Below are positions 1 to 10,901 of a stretch of DNA of 56,767 bases, piece after piece. The position numbers and the translations under genes were made by a program. Origin of the DNA: an uncultured virus (IMG/VR IMGVR_UViG_3300028048_002245) (taxonomy: Duplodnaviria; Heunggongvirae; Uroviricota; Caudoviricetes); the IMG/VR virus record IMGVR_UViG_3300028048_002245; one strand, given 5' to 3'. Below the pieces are notes generated by a model, which saw nothing but the letters and a program-made list of their open reading frames with translations, ran no database searches and had not been told where the DNA came from. Position 1 is the stretch's first letter; every line of letters begins with the position of its first letter.

Positions 1-1154
1 AGTCGCTCTGTCATAAAACCAAAGAACACCCTTCTCCTAAGTATGATTTTGATTCCAGATTCTATAAGATGCCGTCATATATACGCAGAGCGGCAATATA
101 TGAAGCTATAGGTAAAGTGTCATCTTATAAATCTAACCTTGCTAACTGGGAGTCAAATCCTACTGGTAAGAAACCCACTCTTAAAACTTGTGGGTACGTA
201 TATCCATCCCTATATCGCACCGGGATGTATAAATTTACAGATAATTATTCTGCACAGATTAAGATATACCGTAACAATACATGGGATTGGCTGCCAATTA
301 GTCTTCGTAAATCAGACATGGACTATATCTATCGCAGATGCAATGGACGCAAGATGTGCGCTCCTACGCTTCAGAGGCGAGGCAAAGAATGGTTTTTAGA
401 TTTCCCGTTTGAAGAAGAGGTTACTCTTACAGATACAAATAACCTTGTAGTTGGCGTTGACCTTGGCTTAAATTCGGCATGTACGTGTTGCATCATGGAT
501 TTAAAAGGCACTATCTACGGCAGACGTTTTCTTAGACTGCCAAGTGAAACAGACCGTTTGAACCATGCTATAAACCGTATAAAGAAAGCCCAACAGTATG
601 GTAATCGCAAGATGCCTAGGCTGTGGGCTAAAGCTAAAGGTTTAAACGATGATATAGCTGTTAAAACAGCTAACTTTATCATAGACACAGCTAAAATGCA
701 CCATACTGACACCATAGTTTTTGAACACTTAGACCTTGCAGGCAAAAAACATGGTTCTAAGAAACAGAAACTTTATATGTGGAAGGCAAAGTATGTGCAA
801 TCTATGGTAACAGACAAGGCTCACAGACTCAGTATGAGGATATCCCATATTTGTGCATGGGGAACATCGCGACTAGCGTTTGATGGCAGTGGCAGGGTTC
901 TTCGTGGTAAAGAGGCAGATATGCCTACATACAGTTTGTGTAAATTTCAAAATGGCAAAACATACAACTGCGATCTTAACGCTTCGTATAATATAGCAGC
1001 CCGCTATTATATACGAGAAATCTTAAAATCCTGTTCGGTGACGGACAGGTTGGACATTGAGGCTAAAGTTCCTCATTGTTCTAAGAGAAGCACCTGCACG
1101 TTAGCTGACCTTATTAGCTTAAATGCGGTCTTAGACAACAAATCAGTTGCCTAA
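1..1154 (+). CDS. tnpB: IS200/IS605-family TnpB RNA-guided nuclease (5' end outside window)
   Basis: RuvC motifs VGVDLGLN, IVFEHLD, NCDLNASYNIA; frame is open from position 3, so the gene starts upstream of the window. Confidence 0.85.
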   Translation, partial: SLCHKTKEHPSPKYDFDSRFYKMPSYIRRAAIYEAIGKVSSYKSNLANWESNPTGKKPTLKTCGYVYPSLYRTGMYKFTDNYSAQIKIYRNNTWDWLPISLRKSDMDYIYRRCNGRKMCAPTLQRRGKEWFLDFPFEEEVTLTDTNNLVVGVDLGLNSACTCCIMDLKGTIYGRRFLRLPSETDRLNHAINRIKKAQQYGNRKMPRLWAKAKGLNDDIAVKTANFIIDTAKMHHTDTIVFEHLDLAGKKHGSKKQKLYMWKAKYVQSMVTDKAHRLSMRISHICAWGTSRLAFDGSGRVLRGKEADMPTYSLCKFQNGKTYNCDLNASYNIAARYYIREILKSCSVTDRLDIEAKVPHCSKRSTCTLADLISLNAVLDNKSVA

Positions 1155-1266
1155 GTGCTGAGTTTATGCTGTATGGACAGAAACGCAGTCCGATGCCCCT
1201 AAAAGGCAACTACAATGTAGATTGTAGCAATAGGAAGCACGCGACTTTAGTCGTGCGAGGCTTCAC
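1155..1266 (+). mobile_element. IS right end / omegaRNA (reRNA) scaffold of first TnpB element
   Basis: Hairpin GCACGCGACTTTAGTCGTGC followed by terminal TTCAC directly downstream of tnpB. Confidence 0.7.
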
Positions 1267-2307
1267 TTAGTCTGTTGCAGGTATGTTTTCCATAACAACT
1301 TTGTTACGCCCTGTAGTTTTCGCCTTATACATCAGTTCATCTGCTTTTTTTAGGCTCAGATCAAAACTTTCGCCATCGTATTCAGCAACGCCTATAGATA
1401 CCGTTATAGGAATATCATGGTTTACTGAATTTTTGTTTTCAGTTGCTATAGCACGTCTGATGCGTTCAGCAACTTTTCCTGCTCCCTTCAGTTCGGTATT
1501 TATAAGGACGATGACAAATTCCTCGCCACCCCATCTGAAGAGATAATCTTCATTGCGTATACAGTCTCTTGTAGTCGTTGCTATAAATTTCAGTACTTCA
1601 TCTCCCATTTCATGCCCATAGGTATCATTTACATTCTTAAAATGGTCTATATCGAGCATGAGCATTGACATCGGAAGTCTGCCCTTTATCCTGTTTGTAC
1701 CACTTATAAGAAGATCTGTTGCTTTTTTCCGATTGTAACATCCTGTAAGAGCATCTGTCACAGACAGATCCCTTAACTGTTTTTCTGCTTCATACTGCAT
1801 CTGATAATTTTTATCTACAGAAAAAGAGAGAATTGCTGTTATAATCAGACTTGTATAGAGAAATATTACTGACTCAAGAAGATGGTCAGGAGTTAGAAAT
1901 ACCAGAGCCAGTGTTATTTCTGCACCAAAGGTTATCGTGGATGTTGTCATATCACGCAGACGCAGAGGAAAATTTGAAGCAAACAGACCGAAAAGAAGCA
2001 TCATGAGTGACATTGATATTGTTCCACTGTTTTTTGTCACCAGATGCGACAGAAAACAACAGAAGAATGTCATATGTGGTATCATAGCCAACAGAAGCCT
2101 CTTTATGACGTAATTGTTGCTTTTACGGTAAATAGCATACATAATAAGAGCAGCTGCTATCAGACTACCTCTGAAAGCCAGAGACGGAGAATAGATGTCT
2201 TTCACATAGATACAGTCTATGACATAAAATGTTGCCGTTACAAATATTGTGACAATAGCTGAGTAAAGAGAAAGTTTTCCGTATGTTCTGAACTTGCTTT
2301 CAAGCAT
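1267..2307 (-). CDS. Membrane-anchored diguanylate cyclase (GGDEF)
   Basis: N-terminal TM helices; DALTGCYNR, DIDHFKNVNDTYGH, RWGGEEF motifs. Confidence 0.93.
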   Translation of the reverse strand: MLESKFRTYGKLSLYSAIVTIFVTATFYVIDCIYVKDIYSPSLAFRGSLIAAALIMYAIYRKSNNYVIKRLLLAMIPHMTFFCCFLSHLVTKNSGTISMSLMMLLFGLFASNFPLRLRDMTTSTITFGAEITLALVFLTPDHLLESVIFLYTSLIITAILSFSVDKNYQMQYEAEKQLRDLSVTDALTGCYNRKKATDLLISGTNRIKGRLPMSMLMLDIDHFKNVNDTYGHEMGDEVLKFIATTTRDCIRNEDYLFRWGGEEFVIVLINTELKGAGKVAERIRRAIATENKNSVNHDIPITVSIGVAEYDGESFDLSLKKADELMYKAKTTGRNKVVMENIPATD

Positions 2308-2339
2308 TGTAGATAACCTCCAATAAATAGTTTTAGTTC

Positions 2340-4265
2340 TTGAATGGAGAGATAATGTCAGCTTTAGCAGATTTACTTACAAGAAGCATAACAGGTGAAA
2401 TATCTTTTTCACCGTATGCAAACATTATAACAATGGTGTTCTGTGTAGCTATTTTTATAGCTATGAAAACATTGCCCGAACAGCAGAGCAGAGAACATCG
2501 TTATATAATCCTGTCATGCCTGTTTATCTTCCTTGCTGGGACAGCCGGTTGCACATATTTCTATATTATACTACCTTTTCGAAAAATCTTTAGTATAAAT
2601 GCGATAGTTTTTATGCATGACTGTTATTATCTCTGCATGATGGTGACTCTGCTGCTGTATATGTATTTTGTATGTGAGGCAGTCTCAGCTGATATGGAGC
2701 GTATATATCTTCCTACGGCTCTTATCCATGTCGGATGGATGATGGCGGTTATGCTGTCCCAGATGACGCATATCGGCTTCTGGGTAGATCAGAACAAAAA
2801 CATCCATGAGAGCTATTTTGTTGATGTGTATACATTCTGTTTCATATACTATATATTTGTCTCGGAATGGATAATCATGTCATCGAAACATATTCTGTAT
2901 TCAAAGATAAAGATTAACATGGCGTTTACTTTCACGCTCCTTACCGTAGTGAATATCCTGCAATGTTTTCTGGTGACAGACACGTTTGTAAATCCTTCAC
3001 TGCTCATACCTCTCATATATTTTATAACTGTGTTCAGACAGAACTCATTCGACAAAAAGACAAACATGATGAATGAGGAATCGTTTGTGAGTGACATATC
3101 TCACAGGATAGAGGCACATGGCAGATTTTATATAGGACTTCTGGATGTTGACGGGCTGCCGTTTATAACAGACAGCAAAGAAGGAAACAGTGATTTCAGG
3201 CAGTTCTGCCGTGATATAGATTATCATGGGATGATATACAGACTTGGAAGAAACCGTCTCGGGATAATACTGAAGAGCACAGAAACAGACCTTATAACAC
3301 AAAGCCTGCAAAAACTGTACCTGAAATACAATGAAAACTATAAAGGCATCATAGTACCAAACCTTAAGGAAATGAAGACAGGAGACGAACTGCTTTTTGT
3401 TGCTACTGCATTTCTGAATGACATACGGGATAAAGAGATAAGAGAGGTTATCTACAGTGAGACAATAAAAAAGGATATAAAGGCACGGCTGCTTGCCAGA
3501 AGAGTACTTGCTGACATAGCCCACAAGAAAAACCTTGAAGATGGAAGGGTGCGTGTCTTCTGCCAGCCTATATTTGATAACAGGACAAAGCGTATAGCAT
3601 CCGCAGAAGCCCTTATGAGGATATATGTACCCGATTATGGGTTTCTGTTTCCTCAGACTTTTATTCCTATAGCAGAACATTACGGGTATATACATATACT
3701 CTCGATGATCATCCTTGATCATGTCTGTCAGTATATCGAAGAGGGTGAATGGGATGGTATGGTGACAGTGAATTTCTCTACAACTGAGTTCTTAAAAGAT
3801 GATTTCATACCTGATGTTACAGGGATAGTAAAAAAGTATGACATATCTCCGGAAAAGATAGGCATAGAGATAACCGAGAGCCGGATGGAAAAAGACTTTG
3901 CAAAACTGAAAGCGACCGTACAAAAGATGCGTGATCTAGGGTTCTCCATTCTGATCGATGATTTCGGAACGGGATATTCAAATCTTAACAGGATTTTTTC
4001 ACTGCCTGTATCAGTCGTGAAATTTGACCGTTCACTTCTTATATCTTCAGAATCAGACGGAAGAGAGGAGATAATGAAAGAGCTGTCCTCTCTGTTCAGA
4101 CATCTTGGCATAAAAACACTATGCGAAGGGATTGAGGAGCAGAAGGATGAAAAGTTCTGCTCTGATATGAAGATAGATTATTTTCAAGGGTATCTATATT
4201 CGAGACCTATCCCTATAGAAAATCTTGTCAAGATATCTAAAAAAAATAGACGACAGGTACAATGA
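2340..4265 (+). CDS. Membrane-anchored EAL-domain c-di-GMP phosphodiesterase
   Basis: About 7 hydrophobic segments; QPI, EALMR, IEITES, DDFGTGYS, KFDRS, EGIE, QGY motifs. Confidence 0.92.
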   Translation: MNGEIMSALADLLTRSITGEISFSPYANIITMVFCVAIFIAMKTLPEQQSREHRYIILSCLFIFLAGTAGCTYFYIILPFRKIFSINAIVFMHDCYYLCMMVTLLLYMYFVCEAVSADMERIYLPTALIHVGWMMAVMLSQMTHIGFWVDQNKNIHESYFVDVYTFCFIYYIFVSEWIIMSSKHILYSKIKINMAFTFTLLTVVNILQCFLVTDTFVNPSLLIPLIYFITVFRQNSFDKKTNMMNEESFVSDISHRIEAHGRFYIGLLDVDGLPFITDSKEGNSDFRQFCRDIDYHGMIYRLGRNRLGIILKSTETDLITQSLQKLYLKYNENYKGIIVPNLKEMKTGDELLFVATAFLNDIRDKEIREVIYSETIKKDIKARLLARRVLADIAHKKNLEDGRVRVFCQPIFDNRTKRIASAEALMRIYVPDYGFLFPQTFIPIAEHYGYIHILSMIILDHVCQYIEEGEWDGMVTVNFSTTEFLKDDFIPDVTGIVKKYDISPEKIGIEITESRMEKDFAKLKATVQKMRDLGFSILIDDFGTGYSNLNRIFSLPVSVVKFDRSLLISSESDGREEIMKELSSLFRHLGIKTLCEGIEEQKDEKFCSDMKIDYFQGYLYSRPIPIENLVKISKKNRRQVQ

Positions 4266-4454
4266 CAGGACGACAGGTAGTGAGGAACAATAAAGAAAAA
4301 AATCCTGTCTGCTGTATAATCTTTATAAGGGTATGTTGCAAGGATATATACCAGAAAATGTCAATATCAATATATACGAAAGGAATCCGCTGCGGACAGT
4401 CAGTTCTGGCTACCATGGTATGGCAGGCGTGTTGGAGCGGTATGGTAAAAGACT

Positions 4455-5126
4455 ATGAAAACAACTAAACTCAAGGCAGTCATCCCTGTTCTGCTCTGTA
4501 CGCTTGCTGTCACATCATGTAGTACTACCGACTCATTAAAAAAGTCGGTGTCAGATGCGGGCAGCAGGGTCAAAGAGACCGTCACTCATAAAGGCGTATT
4601 TTCAGGAATGACAGAATCTATGAACGGTACCCTGGATAAATACAGCACAGACAATGCTATATCAAGGAGTCCATATACAGATGTTGCTCACTTTATGAAC
4701 ACGCTCTGCAAGAAAGACGTGAAAAAGGCGAAAACATATCTTTCCAAGGAGACTGCTTCCCGGAACAAAGCTGAAAAAAAACTCAAAAAGATATGCGATT
4801 ACCCGAAAGGTAAGATAGCTGCCGTAAAGATAAACGAGAAAAAAGATATAGATATGACGAAGATAAAACCCAAAGAAGGAACGTGGGGGTTTTACTCAGG
4901 TAAAGGCGATAATACCGGATCAGTAGAATACATAGGTGGAAATATGAAGTATCACGTCATCATACAGGCAACTGATGACAAAGGCCGTATGTACAGATAT
5001 GATATAGACTATTATGCTTCTAACAAGGATAAAGGACAGGAAGGGGTAAATAAAGTGAGTGTCGTAAGGATAAAGGACAGGGAATCCTTTAAACCTGAGG
5101 ACGATGAGAAAACGGCGACACTGTAA
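4455..5126 (+). CDS. Putative lipoprotein
   Basis: Signal peptide with lipobox-like LAVTSC. Confidence 0.7.
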   Translation: MKTTKLKAVIPVLLCTLAVTSCSTTDSLKKSVSDAGSRVKETVTHKGVFSGMTESMNGTLDKYSTDNAISRSPYTDVAHFMNTLCKKDVKKAKTYLSKETASRNKAEKKLKKICDYPKGKIAAVKINEKKDIDMTKIKPKEGTWGFYSGKGDNTGSVEYIGGNMKYHVIIQATDDKGRMYRYDIDYYASNKDKGQEGVNKVSVVRIKDRESFKPEDDEKTATL

Positions 5127-5288
5127 TTCCCTTGCGATAATCCTAGGCAGTCAGAGTACCGGAATATTAGATATCCTGATTCTATTCAGGCGGCAGATAG
5201 ACACAGATTTGTGCCTGTCTTTTTTATAAAAAGTTTTCAAAAACCATTTACAGATGTTTCTTGTGTGATAGTATATAACCATAGAGCA

Positions 5289-6710
5289 GTTGACATACCC
5301 ACGGGCTTGCCCGTGGGATTCCAGAGAAGTATGATGTCTTACGACACCCTTATTCTCTGTGGACTAGCCAAAAGCCCACTACGCAGTCCTTCCATACGGA
5401 AGTTCTGATTACTTTTACGGATGATATTTGCCGCACCGTTAATGTCTGCATTGACACATGTTCCATCTGCAGAACAGTACAAACCACGGCGGACTCGCTT
5501 TCCACTAAACTTTTTAATGTACGGATGCTCTACATCAAACTTTGGAAGCGGATCATCGTCCAGAAAACTAGATTTTGACGTATAGGATTCTTCCTGCTCC
5601 ACATAGAGGATGCCTTCCTGTTCGCAGAGTGAAGCCAGAATCTGGCGAAAATCACCAAAACTGATTTGTACAAAGTTCTGATTGTTACGTCTGCCAAGGT
5701 TTGAATCATGCTTGAAGTCCGGATTGTAACCGACAACGATCGTACCAATACCGTTATCGATGCAGTGATTAACAATATATCTGGCTGACTTACGCATAAT
5801 GTCCTTTGTACGGTTATTCCGCTTTCTGGTAAGTGTATCCATACGATGCGTCCACTTCTGGTTCTGATGGTCGGAAATCGACTGATAGTAAGCTTTCTGT
5901 TTATTCCAGTAGCGGTTGATTGATTTGAGTTTACGCCCGTCCATAAGGAACGAGGTCCCGTTATCGGTTATACAGGAAGCCAGATTGTCTACGCCGATGT
6001 CGATTCCCATGATACCATTGTTGGACGCTGGCTCTTTGGTGAATGTTTCATAGCAATACTGAATCTTAAAATAAGTGCCATCGTAATTCGGAAGGACGCG
6101 GACTTCCTTGATTTTTCTGTCAGCCAGACGTTCCGGGAATGGGATCTGGATACTCTTAATATCATGAGTTTTTGCAAACTCGTGGCTCATAGGTATGGAA
6201 ATCATTCCGTTTTTGATATGGATCGCATTGGTTGACAAAATCAGATTAAAACAACCGCCCTTTTTACGATAGTGGGGAATCCTTACGTCATGGTAACGGT
6301 AGTCCCCGGCTTTGCATTTCTTGATGAGGTTAAAGAATGACTTGAAACTGCGGTCTGCAATCTTCAATGTCTGCTGTGCGATGCCAGCTTGAAGAAGGCC
6401 GTAATTCTCATTTATTTTGCAGTAATGATAGTTACTTTCGTAGTTCAGGAATTTCTTCTCATGAAAAAAATACTGGCGGATGTTGTACAGAGCCACGTTG
6501 TACAAGTTGTTACTGTATTGGCACATCTCGCGGAGGCAGGCATACTGCTTTTTGCTGAGTCCGCGAATTACGTTTGTCTGTGTCAAAAACATGAATGTCT
6601 CCTCCTTTCTAATATTGCTATATTGATATTATATGATAATATTATATATTTGTCAAATAGAAAGCGGCTTTCATCCCACAGGCAAGCCCGTGGGTTTTAC
6701 GCCGCAATTT
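5289..6710 (-). mobile_element. IS200/IS605-family element carrying only tnpB (IS1341-like)
   Basis: Subterminal hairpins CCCACGGGCTTGCCCGTGGG (5298) and CCCACAGGCAAGCCCGTGGG (6675) flanking tnpB. Confidence 0.8.
5339..6592 (-). CDS. tnpB: TnpB RNA-guided nuclease
   Basis: GIDIGVDNL, QEESYTSK, NADINGAANI motifs. Confidence 0.9.
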   Translation of the reverse strand: MFLTQTNVIRGLSKKQYACLREMCQYSNNLYNVALYNIRQYFFHEKKFLNYESNYHYCKINENYGLLQAGIAQQTLKIADRSFKSFFNLIKKCKAGDYRYHDVRIPHYRKKGGCFNLILSTNAIHIKNGMISIPMSHEFAKTHDIKSIQIPFPERLADRKIKEVRVLPNYDGTYFKIQYCYETFTKEPASNNGIMGIDIGVDNLASCITDNGTSFLMDGRKLKSINRYWNKQKAYYQSISDHQNQKWTHRMDTLTRKRNNRTKDIMRKSARYIVNHCIDNGIGTIVVGYNPDFKHDSNLGRRNNQNFVQISFGDFRQILASLCEQEGILYVEQEESYTSKSSFLDDDPLPKFDVEHPYIKKFSGKRVRRGLYCSADGTCVNADINGAANIIRKSNQNFRMEGLRSGLLASPQRIRVS

Positions 6711-7564
6711 ATAACATCTATATCAGAAAGGAAGGTTTTTATGAGCGGTATCAGTCATGCAGATGACAAAAAATGAAAAAAGCAGCAGATGAACTCAGAC
6801 AGATACTGTACTGTTGACAATTCATATATAGATTTGAATGACAATCCTTATACAGAATTTTTTTCGGGTTTCTAAATTTGCCATCTTACATAAGCCGTTT
6901 ACAGAAATATAAATGATGATATACTTGGAACTGCACCGAAAAAACGGTTTCAGCATTGCTCCATCAGAGGAGCAGAAGGAGTGTCTAATGTCTTTTACTA
7001 AATCAAAGGTGAAATTTGCTGTTATGATGACAGGGTTCGCAATGATCCTGTTCATGATGATCGGAATGTTGCATCCTGTAAGCGTAGAGCCTCGCACAAG
7101 AACCGAGGCAGAGCAGATCGAACAGGCCCGGTAAAAAGTTTCAGACGAAAGATTCCGAAGATCGCAGCTGTTAATTAAATGGGTAAGCATATTGCGGAAT
7201 AGAGGGCTTTGCAGACTTCTGGATATTTCAGTCATTGTCTTGGGTTTTGAAATGCTATTTGAATTTTAAGTAAAAGACAGATGCAGAAGAAAGTGTCTAT
7301 ATGCTCTGTCTTGATATCCATAGCAGGGCTATGGTTGTGTTCCTGATGAGTCAGGAATGGCAGAATGGGATTGTCGTGAGATCTCGCGAGGTTTGATGTC
7401 GTATGACATAATCATCCATGTGGCGATACGATACCGTCTGAAGAGAATATAAATATAACAGAAGCCATATCTTATTTTAGGATATCAGACTTCTGTTTTT
7501 TTGTACAAAAAAAATCATCCTGCCTTACGGGGCGACAGGATGATTCAGAGACTATTTTATAAAT

Positions 7565-9055
7565 TTAGGCAACTTCTACGATATAGCTGAGGCAGACAGC
7601 ATCGTTATCGTAGAAGGCAACCTCGTCGGCACGAAGCCATGTGTTCGCTTTTGTGGCGTGGACGCAGTTGTAGCCATTTTTTTCGACCTCGTCCTTGGAA
7701 TAAGAACGAGTGTTAGCCACAAACCACGGATTGCCATAGGCACAGGTGAACAGACCAAGAAAACCTGTCTTCGCCGTGCCATGAGCCCATGTCGTACCAT
7801 GAGTATCAGTATAATTGAAACTCTTGGCAAACGATGGGGCGGTGTAATTAGCTGCACCGAGCATAGTCCCATGCTCATGGGTAAAATCTTTATCAAGCGA
7901 ATTTATGATTATCGCTGCCCACGAAGCTGTATGTGAGCCGTGCCAAAGCAGTTTGAACTTTTTTATGCCGTGCTTCTTCGCATAAGCACGCATCTTCTGT
8001 TCCTGCTTCTCCGGCTTCACACGCCAGATGTTTACGACACGAGAGCGGAAGGACGGTTCTATATGCTCCAGAACCTTCTTCCTCTGTTCGTCTGTTGCCT
8101 TCCAGACGTGGATTCCATAGTCATAGAACGACTTATGATCTGTATCCACAGCCGGCTTAGACGAGCCGAGAACTGAACCTTCCATAGCCTGAAGAAGGTT
8201 TTCCTCTCTTTTGATGATGTCTGTAAAATCATCTGCCTTTTTTGCAAACATATCATTAACGTCATCTCCGAGCGGATCTCTCTTACGGGGAGAGAGTGCC
8301 ATGAGCATGGCAAGATGACGATTGAAGCCTTTTACAGACTTCATCTTGCAGAGTGATACAAACTCTGCTTTTGCACTCTGCACCTGCTTCTCTGTTACGG
8401 GAGATACGAGAGTGTTTTTTACTGTCTGATGTGCTGCCTGCATCAGACGGTTATACAGTTCCTCATTATCGAGGTGACGGCGGGTATCCGGCTTGGCAGT
8501 TACTGCTGATACTACCGTCTTTTTGTTCAGGTGTTTTTTGACCTTCCCGTAGATAAGATCAGTCACATCTATATAACCTTTCTGTATCTTTTCATAATAC
8601 AGAGGCCAGTACAGCCATAAAGGGTAGTACCCCTGAACCATTCTTAGAGATTTTTCTTGAATGCCGTTATAACCGCATTCAAGTTCTCCTGTATTGTTTT
8701 TTGGGAATAAATGGTAACGCTTATAGTTACCATACTTCCCCGAGCCTGGATTCACACATCTCAGCTCAGCTTCTAGGTAGCTTGACCTTTTTAATACCCC
8801 GTATGGGATATTATTGTACTGTCCGCTGATATGGACAGCCGGTTTCTGAGCGTCTGCATCTCTTGTCCCGTCACAAGAGAACGTACCTCTTTTCAGAAGC
8901 CTGAATCCTGCTGTGTACCCATTTACGGTTATATCCATGTAATTGGGTACTGGTAGATTAGGTATAAGCTCACCTGCCTGTCTGAATAAATCAGATTCTG
9001 TTCCGTCAAAGTTAATCGTCTTTGACAGGTTGTTTGTTGCAATTTCTGCCTGCAT
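7565..9055 (-). CDS. PARP-like ADP-ribosyltransferase
   Basis: LLWHGS, GTMLGAANYTA, KSFNY and DEVAFY match the PARP H-Y-E triad layout; RBS AAAGGAG before ATG at 9055. Confidence 0.8.
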   Translation of the reverse strand: MQAEIATNNLSKTINFDGTESDLFRQAGELIPNLPVPNYMDITVNGYTAGFRLLKRGTFSCDGTRDADAQKPAVHISGQYNNIPYGVLKRSSYLEAELRCVNPGSGKYGNYKRYHLFPKNNTGELECGYNGIQEKSLRMVQGYYPLWLYWPLYYEKIQKGYIDVTDLIYGKVKKHLNKKTVVSAVTAKPDTRRHLDNEELYNRLMQAAHQTVKNTLVSPVTEKQVQSAKAEFVSLCKMKSVKGFNRHLAMLMALSPRKRDPLGDDVNDMFAKKADDFTDIIKREENLLQAMEGSVLGSSKPAVDTDHKSFYDYGIHVWKATDEQRKKVLEHIEPSFRSRVVNIWRVKPEKQEQKMRAYAKKHGIKKFKLLWHGSHTASWAAIIINSLDKDFTHEHGTMLGAANYTAPSFAKSFNYTDTHGTTWAHGTAKTGFLGLFTCAYGNPWFVANTRSYSKDEVEKNGYNCVHATKANTWLRADEVAFYDNDAVCLSYIVEVA

Positions 9056-9159
9056 GTTATGCTCCTTTCTGCATCTGCAAACAAGAAGCCCCTGTATCAC
9101 GGGACTTCGACTGAAAGTAAAATCCCTGATGATACTCAGGCTACAGGCTGTAAATAAAA

Positions 9160-9260
9160 CAAAAAAGTCATCAGGTCAGATATAGTATCTGTCCTGATGA
9201 CTTTAAATTTCTTATCAACTGTCTGCTCTTTTATTATATCATAAAACCATATAAAGTAAA
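9160..9260 (-). promoter_or_regulatory. Promoter + conserved leader + terminator-like hairpin
   Basis: TTTACT..TATAAT, then TGATAAGA, then AAAGTCATCAGG..CCTGATGACTTTTTT; member of a 7-copy family. Confidence 0.6.
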
Positions 9261-9373
9261 ACAAAAAATTTTTAAAAACCATTTACAGAAAATAGATATA
9301 TGATAAACTTAATATATCGAAAGAGATAACCAATACGCAGATGATTGTAAAGAATCAGGAAAGGAAGTTTTTT

Positions 9374-10168
9374 ATGAAGAGAATTGAGATGGTTGACGTT
9401 AAGATTGAGTACCCAGAAGATTATCAGGGAACAGAAAAGGTAGAAAATCTGATGAAGATTATAGGCAGAATGAGGAAAATGGATTTTGTCGGACTTCCTT
9501 TTGACGACCTGCTTCATTTTGAAGGCTCTATGCCAAAGAAAGTATATGCCGATACTCTGGCTGAGATTACAAAAGAATACGGTATGACAGATGACATCGA
9601 AGGTCTCGAAGATGTCCTTGCCTCAGAATATGACCGTGAGATAAGCATAGAATCACATGAGCATCTTGAGAACTGGGAATATGTGCTGAAATCACTGAAA
9701 AATCTTGCAACAGAGCTTTCTGTTCCCGGACTTAAACTTACGGCAGGATGCGAGATTGATGATGAACAGCTTTATGATGAAGACGGTTTTGAAGAATCCG
9801 AGAATATTTTCTGGTACGAAGTTAATGACGGTGAGTTCTCGGTGCATAATAAAGATATCGCTGCAATTAGAGACGAGATGTACAGCCTGTCGAGAGGAGC
9901 AAAATCAGTACAGAAGTATATCAGAGGGATTCTTGAAAATCCCGAATTTAAGGGACAACTGGTTGATTCGGTAGAGGATTTCCTAGACGAGAGCGGAGTA
10001 AAATCCATTCCTTCAAGTGAAAAAGAAAAGAAACTTGCAGGCGACACGGATAATGAAAACGCAGCCATTATCTATGGAGCTGATTATGACAGAATTGCCG
10101 ATTCTCTTACTACGACCATCAGGAACTGGATTGGCAGTGATACGGAATCCGAAGGTGGCGACAGATAA
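9374..10168 (+). CDS. Hypothetical acidic protein
   Basis: Long ORF with RBS, downstream of AAAACCATTTACA promoter. Confidence 0.7.
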   Translation: MKRIEMVDVKIEYPEDYQGTEKVENLMKIIGRMRKMDFVGLPFDDLLHFEGSMPKKVYADTLAEITKEYGMTDDIEGLEDVLASEYDREISIESHEHLENWEYVLKSLKNLATELSVPGLKLTAGCEIDDEQLYDEDGFEESENIFWYEVNDGEFSVHNKDIAAIRDEMYSLSRGAKSVQKYIRGILENPEFKGQLVDSVEDFLDESGVKSIPSSEKEKKLAGDTDNENAAIIYGADYDRIADSLTTTIRNWIGSDTESEGGDR

Positions 10169-10301
10169 AACAGGGGTAAACTCAATTAGTGGTTGAAAAG
10201 CATTGCGTACAATACGGTTTTCAACCACTTGTTACAGATAGCCTAAAACAGGAAAAACCGACAGGAACATAGATTGCTGTTACGTGATATAAGGAAAAAC
10301 T

Positions 10302-10691
10302 ATGAAAAAATACAATGCGACAATGAAGATAACGGGAAGATACGAAACTCATGTGCAGGCAGTGTCTTCCCGTAAAGCTGAAGACAGGGCTGTTCAGAAA
10401 TACAGGGATACAGATTTCACGGAACTGGAAGAGATTATAGATACGGGAGAACCCGAGACAGTACTTGAAGGTTCAGACAGTACAGCAACACTGAATATGC
10501 TGCATATCAAAGAAAACAAATATCTGGTCTCTTTTCTTGTTACAGGATATGCAGAATGGTCTATTGAAGCTGAATCTTATAAGCAGGCAAGAAAAAAAGC
10601 AGAGAGCATCTTTATCAACACTGATTTTGGACTAAAAGATGTTGCGGAATATACCGATACGTCTACTCTCGACATAGTCGAGCAGTCTTAA
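10302..10691 (+). CDS. Hypothetical protein (two similar halves)
   Basis: RBS AAGGA; repeated TG.Y..V.A.S..KA..KA....TDF motif. Confidence 0.7.
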   Translation: MKKYNATMKITGRYETHVQAVSSRKAEDRAVQKYRDTDFTELEEIIDTGEPETVLEGSDSTATLNMLHIKENKYLVSFLVTGYAEWSIEAESYKQARKKAESIFINTDFGLKDVAEYTDTSTLDIVEQS

Positions 10692-10757
10692 AACTGAGGT
10701 AATAAGAAATCCGAATTTATCCACAAAAAAAGCTCTCCTAGGAGAGCTTTTGTTGGA

Positions 10758-10901
10758 TCATTGATCCTGATCATTCACAATCTCGGCCCAAGAAGATTTA
10801 ATCTTCTTGTCGAGACCAAATTTGTGGATGAGTCTGAAGATCTCCTTCAGGATCCGCTTTCCAGCGAATCCTAAACAAAGACCTATAAACAAGTTACCCA
10901 T
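10758..10901 (-). CDS. Small hydrophobic peptide (47 aa)
   Basis: Strong RBS AAGAAAGGAGGTG before MGNLFIGLCLGFAGK; own promoter and structured leader; terminator at ~10727-10751. Confidence 0.55.
   Translation of the reverse strand: MGNLFIGLCLGFAGKRILKEIFRLIHKFGLDKKIKSSWAEIVNDQDQ

Noticed and set aside
7340..7470. CTGATGAG and CTGAAGAG as hammerhead ribozyme cores
   Set aside because: The GAAA core after stem II and stems I/III could not be found; the region may still hold an ncRNA
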